In this document: in pieces, positions 40,706 through 48,007 of the stretch | Position numbering within the stretch: position 1 is the first letter of the stretch | Layout: each line of letters begins with the position of its first letter | Source of the DNA: an uncultured Clostridia bacterium | Lineage (GTDB): Bacteria; Bacillota; Clostridia; TANB77; CAG-508 | Assembly (NCBI GenBank): GCA_947629625.1 | Contig: CANRES010000004.1 | Span: 1 to 48,007 of the forward strand | Length of the DNA stretch: 48,007 nt | Direction of reading: 5' to 3' | The notes under the pieces: model-generated | The model's database searches: none | Told to the model about the DNA's origin: nothing | What the model saw: only the letters and a program-made list of their open reading frames with translations | Translations under genes and position numbers: made by a program

Positions 40706-41554
40706 ATGACGATTAAAAAGTTAATAATATATGGAACTAAAAAAATAAAAGAAAATAATATAGAAAATGCAAATTTACAAGCAAAAATAATATTATTAAA
40801 TTTAATAAAACAACCAAAAGAATATCTAATAATAAATCAAGAAGAAAAAATATCAGAAGAAATAGAAGAAAAATATAAAGAAGATATAAACAAAATAATA
40901 GATGGTATGCCAATACAATACATTACGAAAAATCAAGAATTTATGAAACTTAACTTCTATGTAGATAAAAATGTATTAATACCTCAACCAGATACAGAAA
41001 TATTAGTAGAAGAAGTAATAAATATAAGCAAAAAATTAGACAATATAAATATATTAGATATATGTACAGGAAGTGGTGCAATAGCAATTTCACTTGCGAA
41101 ATACATAAAAAATTCTAAAATTTATGCAACAGATATAAGTGAAGAAGCAATTAAAATTGCAAGCAAAAATGCAAAACAAAATGAGGTTAAAGAACGAATT
41201 ACATTTTTAGTATCAGATATGTTTGATAAAATTTCAAATCAAAAATTTGATATAATAGTATCAAATCCACCATATATAGAAAAAAATGTAATAAATAATT
41301 TGCCAAAACAAGTAAAAAATGAGCCGTATATTGCATTAAATGGAGGAGAAGACGGATTAGATTTCTATAAAATAATATCAAATAGTGCATATAAATTTTT
41401 AAATGATGATGGATACTTATGTTTAGAAATAGGATATAATCAAAAAAACGATGTAATAAAACTATTAGAAAATACTAATAAATATAAAGATATATATTGC
41501 AAAAAAGATTTAGCAAATAATGATAGAATAATTATTGCAAGAAAAAAGGTGTGA
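40706..41554 (+). CDS. prmC: Release factor glutamine methyltransferase
   Basis: PIQYI, VLIPQPDTE, LDICTGSGAIA, VSNPPYI, ALNGGEDGL, EIGYNQ. Confidence 0.95.
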   Translation: MTIKKLIIYGTKKIKENNIENANLQAKIILLNLIKQPKEYLIINQEEKISEEIEEKYKEDINKIIDGMPIQYITKNQEFMKLNFYVDKNVLIPQPDTEILVEEVINISKKLDNINILDICTGSGAIAISLAKYIKNSKIYATDISEEAIKIASKNAKQNEVKERITFLVSDMFDKISNQKFDIIVSNPPYIEKNVINNLPKQVKNEPYIALNGGEDGLDFYKIISNSAYKFLNDDGYLCLEIGYNQKNDVIKLLENTNKYKDIYCKKDLANNDRIIIARKKV

Positions 41555-41559
41555 TAAAT

Positions 41560-42441
41560 ATGTCATTTTCATCTGAAATAAAAGAGGAATTAAGTAAATT
41601 AAATACTTTAAGCAACAAAGAAAATGTAATAGCAGAACTTGTAGGATATTTATTAAGCAGTAATATAGTATTAACAAATACTAAGGTAAAATACTCAACA
41701 GAAAATGAGTATAATATAAATAGATTTAATAAATTACTTAAAACATTATCAATAGACTATAAAATAGACATACAAGGTAAAATTTATACAATAACATTTA
41801 AAAACAATATTAATATAAAAGAATTAAATTTTGATAAAAATGTAATTGAAATAAATGATATGGAAGTAAATAATAAATCAGAAAATTATTTAAAAGCACT
41901 TGTAAGAGGAGCATATTTAGGGGCTGGCTCTTTAAATAACCCAAGTACAAAATATCATTTAGAAATAATACTAAGTTCACAAAAAAATGCAGAATATATT
42001 GCAAATATTCTTAACAAATTTGGTATAATAACAAAATTTCTAGAAAGAAAAAAAGGTTACTCAATATACATAAAAGACGGAGAACAAATATCAAATTTAT
42101 TAGCATTTATAGGCTCTAATAAATCAGTATTAAAATATGAAGAAATTAGAGTTGTAAAAGAAACTAGAAATAATATAAATAGATTAGTAAACTGTGAAAC
42201 TGCAAATTTAAATAAAACAATAAATGCATCAATTCAACAAATAGAAGCAATAAAATTAATAAAAAGTAAAAATAAATTTGATACTTTACCAGATATGTTA
42301 AAAGAGATAGCAAATTTAAGAATTAAAAATCCAGATGCAAGTCTAATAGAATTAGGAAATATGTTAAATGAGCCAGTAGGAAAGTCTGGTGTAAATTATA
42401 GATTAAAAAAATTAGTTGAAATAGCAAACGAATTGAGGTAG
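41560..42441 (+). CDS. whiA: DNA-binding protein WhiA
   Basis: MSFSSEIKEEL, GSLNNP..YHLEI, NRLVNCETANLNKT, GKSGVNYRL. Confidence 0.94.
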   Translation: MSFSSEIKEELSKLNTLSNKENVIAELVGYLLSSNIVLTNTKVKYSTENEYNINRFNKLLKTLSIDYKIDIQGKIYTITFKNNINIKELNFDKNVIEINDMEVNNKSENYLKALVRGAYLGAGSLNNPSTKYHLEIILSSQKNAEYIANILNKFGIITKFLERKKGYSIYIKDGEQISNLLAFIGSNKSVLKYEEIRVVKETRNNINRLVNCETANLNKTINASIQQIEAIKLIKSKNKFDTLPDMLKEIANLRIKNPDASLIELGNMLNEPVGKSGVNYRLKKLVEIANELR

Positions 42442-42443
42442 AA

Positions 42444-43589
42444 ATGAAAGAATTAGGAATATATATACATATACCATTTTGCAAAAGAAAATGTAATTAT
42501 TGTGATTTTATATCATTTCAAGATAAAGATAATTGTATAAGTAAATATGTAGAATGTTTAAAAGAAGAAATAAATAAAACTATAAAATTAAGTAACTATA
42601 AAGAATATATAGTAAAAACAATATATATTGGAGGAGGTACCCCTTCATATATAGATTCAAAATTTATTGTAGAGATAGTAAATGAAATAAAAGAAAAATT
42701 TAATGTAGATAAAAATGCAGAAATAACAATAGAAATTAATCCGGGTGCAGTTAATGAACAAAAATTATATGATTACTATAATGTAGGAATAAATAGACTT
42801 AGTATAGGTTTACAATCTGATAATGATGAACTTCTAAAAACAATAGGGAGAATACATAATTTTAATGAATTTTTAGATATATATAAAATAGCAAGAAAAA
42901 TTGGGTATAAAAATATAAATATAGATTTAATGTTAGCATTACCAAATCAAACAGTAGAAATGTTAGAAAATACAGTAAATAATGTTATAAGACTAAATCC
43001 AGAACATATTTCACTATATTCTCTAATTGTAGAGGAAGGAACAAAATTAGAAAAACAACTTGAAAATAAGGAACTAACACTTCCAAATGAAGAAACAGAA
43101 AGAGTAATGTATCATTTAACAAGAAAAATATTATATGAAAATAAATATATTCAATATGAAATTTCAAATTTTAGTAAAAAAGGATATGAATCAAAACACA
43201 ATTTAGACTGTTGGAGTCAAAAGGAATATATTGGTTTTGGGCTTGCTTCACATTCATATATAAACATGGAAAGATTTTCTAATACAACAAATATTAATGA
43301 ATATATAACAAACATTCAAAATAATAAAATAGAAAAAAACTATATAACACATGAAAAACAAAATTTAGAAAGTCAAATGAAGGAATATATGATACTAGGT
43401 TTAAGAAAAATTGATGGCGTAAATATTACAGAATTTAAGCAAAAATTTAATCAAAATCCAATTTATTTATTTAGAATTGAATTAAATAATTTAGTAAATA
43501 AAGATTTAATTGAAATACAAGAAAATAATATAAAATTAACTAATAAAGGGTTAAACTTTGCAAACATTGTATGGGAAGAATTTATATAA
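42444..43589 (+). CDS. hemW: Radical SAM heme chaperone HemW (HemN-like)
   Basis: YIHIPFCKRKCNYCDF, YIGGGTPS, QYEISNFS, SKHNL. Confidence 0.9.
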   Translation: MKELGIYIHIPFCKRKCNYCDFISFQDKDNCISKYVECLKEEINKTIKLSNYKEYIVKTIYIGGGTPSYIDSKFIVEIVNEIKEKFNVDKNAEITIEINPGAVNEQKLYDYYNVGINRLSIGLQSDNDELLKTIGRIHNFNEFLDIYKIARKIGYKNINIDLMLALPNQTVEMLENTVNNVIRLNPEHISLYSLIVEEGTKLEKQLENKELTLPNEETERVMYHLTRKILYENKYIQYEISNFSKKGYESKHNLDCWSQKEYIGFGLASHSYINMERFSNTTNINEYITNIQNNKIEKNYITHEKQNLESQMKEYMILGLRKIDGVNITEFKQKFNQNPIYLFRIELNNLVNKDLIEIQENNIKLTNKGLNFANIVWEEFI

Positions 43590-43663
43590 TTTATATTAAA
43601 ATCTAGAAAAAGTAGGAAAAATATGATATAATTACATATAGTATATTGTTTTAGGAGAAAAAT

Positions 43664-44653
43664 ATGAAGGTATATCGAATTTATGATTATATTAATTGGA
43701 AAAGAAACAATAAAGATGAAAATACTGGCAAATATAGAAATCCTAGAAAAAAAATTTTTAAAATGGGTTTAAAACTTAAATATGATGAGTTAACTCAAAG
43801 TGAAAAAGAAGAAATAGAATTAGGAAAATGGCTAAATGAAAACCCTAACATAGATAATAAAATTAAAAAATATGCAAATTCTGATATAACAAAAATGAAA
43901 AGAAGATATAAAAATATTAGATTAAAACCAATAAATTATCAAGAAAAAATAATAAACTATGATGTTTACTTAGAATGGATAAAACAGCATATAAATAAAG
44001 AAACAGGAAAAATATCTAAGCCAACTCAGTTTATATATAGAAATGGGAAATTCTTAAAAAATGTTAATGAAATGACAGAAGAAGATAAATTTCAAATAGA
44101 TTTATATTATTGGTGGTTAAGAAATTCAACTGAAAAATATGTTCTAAAAAAATATAAAGACTATGATTTAGAAGATATACCAGAAAAAGATAGAGAAGTA
44201 GTAAAAAAATATAGAGATATAATAAATTTTGCAAAAGAATTCCAACCAAAAGAAAATAAAAAAATTGAAGCATTTGACACTGAAAAATATAATATGTATT
44301 TAGAATGGAAAAAACAACATAAAATAGAACAATATGTTGGATATAAAGAACCAAGACATGTAATATTAAATTCAAATGGTGAAGCAAAAGAATTAGAAGA
44401 AATGACTGAAAAAGAAAAAATAGAATATGAAATTGGAAAGTGGTGGCACAATAAACCATTAGAAAGAAAAATTTTAGAAAAATATAGATATATAACAAAT
44501 ATAGAATTTGATAATTTATCAAATGACGAAAAAAGAATAATTATAGATTATTATAATTCAGGAATAAAAGATGTTAACAATATAATTGAAAGGATGAAAA
44601 TAAACTATAAAATTAATAGTAAAAAAGAAGAAAAAGATATAGACGATAGATAA
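43664..44653 (+). CDS. Hypothetical protein with three internal ~90-100 aa Trp-containing repeats
   Basis: RBS AGGAG and extended -10 TGATATAAT upstream; repeated Y.(N/E)W...G....P...(L/M)T..(E/D)K....(L/I)..W pattern. Confidence 0.75.
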   Translation: MKVYRIYDYINWKRNNKDENTGKYRNPRKKIFKMGLKLKYDELTQSEKEEIELGKWLNENPNIDNKIKKYANSDITKMKRRYKNIRLKPINYQEKIINYDVYLEWIKQHINKETGKISKPTQFIYRNGKFLKNVNEMTEEDKFQIDLYYWWLRNSTEKYVLKKYKDYDLEDIPEKDREVVKKYRDIINFAKEFQPKENKKIEAFDTEKYNMYLEWKKQHKIEQYVGYKEPRHVILNSNGEAKELEEMTEKEKIEYEIGKWWHNKPLERKILEKYRYITNIEFDNLSNDEKRIIIDYYNSGIKDVNNIIERMKINYKINSKKEEKDIDDR

Positions 44654-44695
44654 TCTAGAAAAAATTGAAAATAAATACAAATTATAACAATTATA

Positions 44696-44724
44696 TTGAC
44701 TAAAAAAATTTTTTATGATAAAAT
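44696..44724 (+). promoter_or_regulatory. Putative sigmaA promoter of the surface protein gene
   Basis: TTGACT-N17-TAAAAT with TGn extension. Confidence 0.7.
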
Positions 44725-44779
44725 TAATACGTTAATATACATAAAATATGAGAAATAAAAAAGGGGAAAGATAAAGATT

Positions 44780-45634
44780 ATGAAAAAAATAATAAATATA
44801 TTTTTAATTACATTATTAGTATTTTTTATAACAAATATTACAACAGAAGTATCTGCTGCAAGTGATTTTAATATATCAATTAAAACAAATAAAACTACAT
44901 ATACAAAAGGAGAAGATGTTATTGTTAGTGTTGTACTAACACAATCTCCTGAAAATGGAATAAATGAAATATTAGCAACATTAAAATATGATTCTACAAA
45001 ATTACAATATGATAGAATAATAGGAAAAAATGGTTTTGGAAGCGCAAAATATAATCCAAATGGAGGAAAATTAACTTTATCTTCTGGTGATTTTGTTAAA
45101 TCTAATACTGAAATATTTCAAATAGTTTTTAAAACTTTAACTGAAAATGCTGAAAATGTAAATATTACATTAGAAAATATTGAAGCAACAGATAGCGAAA
45201 AACTATATGAACAAAGTAATACAGCAACAACTATAAAAATAGAAACAGTTAATAATAATAACAATAATCAAGATGAAGAAAAGGAAGAAGATAATCAAAA
45301 CAGTAACAACCAAAATAATAACCAAAACAATAATAACAATCAAAATAATAGTAATCCAAATGATAATAACAACAATAATAATGGTAATGTTGGTAATACA
45401 GATAATAATAACGATAATAAAAATAATAACAACAGCAATAACTCTAATAATAACAATGCTAATAATAACACTAATACAGCAAACAAAGAAAATGATAATT
45501 CGTTATATGATGGAGAAAAATTACCACAAGCAGGTTCAGATAATTTAACTATTGTTATATTATCAATAATTGCAGTTATACTTATAATAGCAATATTTGC
45601 AGTAGGTTATAAAAGAGGAAAAAGAAGTAGATAA
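44780..45634 (+). CDS. Secreted, probably sortase-anchored protein: cohesin-like domain, Asn-rich linker, LPQAG sorting signal
   Basis: Signal peptide ending VSA-A; beta-rich domain (GEDVIVSV, LKYDSTKLQY, IFQIVFK); Asn-rich stretch; LPQAG, TM helix and basic tail KRGKRSR. Confidence 0.75.
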   Translation: MKKIINIFLITLLVFFITNITTEVSAASDFNISIKTNKTTYTKGEDVIVSVVLTQSPENGINEILATLKYDSTKLQYDRIIGKNGFGSAKYNPNGGKLTLSSGDFVKSNTEIFQIVFKTLTENAENVNITLENIEATDSEKLYEQSNTATTIKIETVNNNNNNQDEEKEEDNQNSNNQNNNQNNNNNQNNSNPNDNNNNNNGNVGNTDNNNDNKNNNNSNNSNNNNANNNTNTANKENDNSLYDGEKLPQAGSDNLTIVILSIIAVILIIAIFAVGYKRGKRSR

Positions 45635-45654
45635 TATTATTAAAATTAAAAAAT

Positions 45655-45689
45655 AAAGAGTTCAGTAAACAAATTCTGAACTCTTTTTT
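45655..45689 (+). terminator. Intrinsic terminator
   Basis: AAAGAGTTCAG / CTGAACTCTTT plus T tract. Confidence 0.85.
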
Positions 45690-45719
45690 GATTAAATTTT
45701 AAACAATTGTAATAAATAA

Positions 45720-45748
45720 TTGATAAAATAATAAAACAATGATATAAT
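45720..45748 (+). promoter_or_regulatory. Putative sigmaA promoter of the DUF1653-NUDIX pair
   Basis: TTGATA-N17-TATAAT with TGn extension. Confidence 0.7.
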
Positions 45749-45794
45749 TTTAAAAATAAAATAAAAAAATCTTGAATTAAAGGAGCAAATAAAA

Positions 45795-46079
45795 ATGGTA
45801 AAAGGAGAATATTATAAACATTTTAAAGGAGAAAATATATACGAAATTTTAGAAACAGGTGTAATATATTCTGGTGATGCATCAGATAAACCAATTGAAA
45901 ATTTGGTTATATATAAAAATGTATTTCAAGGAAAAATTTTTGCAAGAGAATTAGAAGATTTAATAGAAGAGTTACCAATAGAAAGACAAAAAATATATGG
46001 ACAAAAACATAGGATGGAAAAACTTTCAGAGGAGGAAGTTGAAAAGTTAAAAAACAAATTAGAATTAATCAAAAAATAA
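45795..46079 (+). CDS. DUF1653-like small protein
   Basis: G.YYKHFKG..YEI, LVIYK, IFARE motifs; RBS AAGGAG. Confidence 0.7.
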   Translation: MVKGEYYKHFKGENIYEILETGVIYSGDASDKPIENLVIYKNVFQGKIFARELEDLIEELPIERQKIYGQKHRMEKLSEEEVEKLKNKLELIKK

Positions 46080-46106
46080 TTATGTGCAATAAATAGAAAG
46101 GTAAGA

Positions 46107-46664
46107 ATGATGATAAAAGTATTTGAAATAAAAGAAGGAAATATACAAGAAGAGCCATCAATTAAAAAGATGAAAGCAAGGGCATTATTAATTAATTCTT
46201 CAAATGAAATATTAATTGCAAATTATGGAGGGGTATTTTTATTGCCAGGAGGCTCAATTGAAAAGGGAGAAGATCCAAATTTGGCAATAATTAGAGAAAT
46301 AAAAGAAGAAACTGGTATTGATAGCAAAATAGAAGATTTAAAACCATTTTTAAAAATGCGATATTATCAAATAGGATATCCAGAAAGAAATGGCAAAAGT
46401 TCAGATAGACTATTAATAACATATTATTATTTAGGAAATGTAGAAAGTTTTTCTATGGAAAATAATCATTTATCTGAAAAAGAAAAAAAGGATGGATTTG
46501 AACTTAAATTTTATTCTTTAGATGAAATAGAAAAACTAATAAAAAATAATGATTTTAATAACCCAAGAAAAAAATATTTTGACAAAGAATTAGAAACAAT
46601 TATAGAACAATATAGAAAATTAGAGAAGAATAATGTGGAGTATTTTGTATCATATTATGATTAA
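46107..46664 (+). CDS. NUDIX hydrolase
   Basis: Nudix box PGGSIEKGEDPNLAIIREIKEETG. The last residues VEYFVSYYD match a UvrB motif. Confidence 0.88.
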   Translation: MMIKVFEIKEGNIQEEPSIKKMKARALLINSSNEILIANYGGVFLLPGGSIEKGEDPNLAIIREIKEETGIDSKIEDLKPFLKMRYYQIGYPERNGKSSDRLLITYYYLGNVESFSMENNHLSEKEKKDGFELKFYSLDEIEKLIKNNDFNNPRKKYFDKELETIIEQYRKLEKNNVEYFVSYYD

Positions 46665-46764
46665 CACCAAAAATAGTTTTATCTATCCACTTTTAGCCCT
46701 TTGTAGTCTTATTTAGTTTAGCAAAAAATTACTAAAAAACCATATAAAACTAAAAAACAAAAAA

Positions 46765-46797
46765 AGTTTGTGACCGAATTCGTGTAAAATTCGTGTA
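46765..46797. repeat. Short tandem direct repeats resembling integrase arm-type sites
   Basis: AATTCGTGTA at 46777 and 46788 (11-bp period), with degenerate AGTTTGTGAC at 46765. Confidence 0.45.
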
Positions 46798-46953
46798 GAC
46801 TAAAAAATTATTAAACTTTGAAAAAATTTTGTATAGAGAATTTTTAAAAGATCCATATGATAAAATCATTACACATTATAAATTTGATGAAATAAATAAA
46901 ACAGTAATTGAGATGAAAGATAATCTATTCTATTAAAAAAGAGGTGATTTTGA

Positions 46954-48007
46954 TTGAATAATAAATTTCAAGAAGATGAAATAACAGAATTAAAAAAATC
47001 AACAAGTGAATTAAAAGAAGCAATAATATCAATTGTTTCTATATTGAATAAGCATAGACATGGAAAACTATATTTTGGTATAAAAGATGATGGAACAGTA
47101 ATTGGTCAAGAAGTTAGTGGGAAAACACTAAGATATATTTCAGAAGTTATTTCAAATAAGATAGAACCTAAAATCTATCCAAAGATAAGTAATGTAAAAA
47201 TAGAAGATAAAGATTGCATATTAGTAGAGTTTGAAGGAGAAGATGTTCCATATTTTGCAGATGGAAGAGCTTATATAAGAGTAAGTGATAGAGATCAAAA
47301 GCTTTCTATTTCTGAAATGAGAAAAATATTTTTGAAAACAGAAAATGAGAGTGGAAGTTGGGATTCAAGAATTTCAAACAAAACAATAGAGGATGTTAAT
47401 GAAGAAATATTGAAGGATTATATAGAAAGAGCAAATAAAGCTAAGAGGATACCATTTCAATATACAAATAAAGAAGATGTTTTAAACAAGTTGGGATTAT
47501 TAAGAGATAATAAATTATTAAATGCAGGAAAAGTTTTATTTTGTAATAATAATAATGTAGAACTTCAAATGGCAATTTTTGCAACAGATACTAAAACAAC
47601 ATTTATTGATATCGATAAAGTAGAAGGAAATATTTTCGATTTAATAAAAATAGGACAAGAATATATTAGAAAAAATATTATATGGAATGTGAAAATAACA
47701 GATAAAAGAGAAGAATATCCAGAAATTCCACTAGATTCTATAAGGGAAGCTATTATAAATAGTTATGCACACAGGTTATATCAAGACCCTAAAGGAACAG
47801 AAATATCAATATTTAAAAATAAAGTAGAAATATATAATCCTGGAACATTTCCAGAACAATATACACCAGAAGATTATATACAAAATAGAGCTCATTCAGT
47901 ATTTAGAAATCCAATAATTGCTAATATTTTATATAAATCAAATGATACAGAAACGTATTCTTCAGGAATAAGAAGAATATACGAAGAATGTACAGAAAAT
48001 CAAGTTA
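46954..48007 (+). CDS. Schlafen/AlbA_2-domain protein with HATPase_c_4 (RecG C-terminal-like) region; 3'-truncated, not in the ORF track
   Basis: RBS GAGGTGA, TTG start, frame open to the window end. MNNKFQEDEITELKKST..SILNKHRHGKLYFGIKDDGTVIG; later REAIINSYAHR, IYNPG, RNPIIANILY, SGIRRI. Confidence 0.85.
   Translation, partial: MNNKFQEDEITELKKSTSELKEAIISIVSILNKHRHGKLYFGIKDDGTVIGQEVSGKTLRYISEVISNKIEPKIYPKISNVKIEDKDCILVEFEGEDVPYFADGRAYIRVSDRDQKLSISEMRKIFLKTENESGSWDSRISNKTIEDVNEEILKDYIERANKAKRIPFQYTNKEDVLNKLGLLRDNKLLNAGKVLFCNNNNVELQMAIFATDTKTTFIDIDKVEGNIFDLIKIGQEYIRKNIIWNVKITDKREEYPEIPLDSIREAIINSYAHRLYQDPKGTEISIFKNKVEIYNPGTFPEQYTPEDYIQNRAHSVFRNPIIANILYKSNDTETYSSGIRRIYEECTENQV

Noticed and set aside
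510-44522. Numerous minus-strand ORFs rich in Leu/Phe/Ile (e.g. 510-839, 1133-1570, 4295-4729, 10088-10534, 44064-44522)
   Set aside because: Antisense shadows of A-rich + strand genes, with no recognisable motifs.
45273-45548. Ile/Thr-rich 91-aa overlapping ORF
   Set aside because: Off-frame reading of the AAT/AAC Asn repeat.
46631-46664. Possible dif site (contains TATTATG)
   Set aside because: Does not fit the 11-6-11 XerC/XerD arm structure; the UvrB-motif explanation fits better.

Overview
Very AT-rich, gene-dense chromosomal segment from an endospore-forming Firmicute (Clostridia-like; inferred from sigG, cwlD, whiA and the ribosomal protein sequences), almost entirely coded on the + strand. 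Order: glyQS (5'-truncated)-thrS, cwlD, sigG, a reduced dcw cluster (murE-mraY-ftsW-murG), one orphan minus-strand gene, addA, the S10-spc-alpha ribosomal cluster (no rpmD/L30), a type III toxin-antitoxin locus (three 35-nt pseudoknot repeats, terminator, ToxN/AbiQ-like toxin) right after rplQ, dxs, a probably inactive L,D-transpeptidase, archaeal-type valS, ileS, ispH, secG, tRNA-Glu(CTC), prmC, whiA, hemW. An accessory tail follows: a three-repeat Trp-rich protein, a cohesin-like LPXTG-type surface protein, a DUF1653-like protein, a NUDIX hydrolase and a 3'-truncated Schlafen/AlbA_2 protein. Most notable: the type III TA locus and the hairpin cluster upstream of it; a UvrB-motif fragment fused to the NUDIX 3' end next to arm-site-like direct repeats (possible integration scar); a one-base frameshift (ATG-C-GGA) that displaces the conserved FtsW C-terminus; and a strong enrichment of CCG codons before GG. 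All family assignments come from motif recognition by eye; no searches were run.
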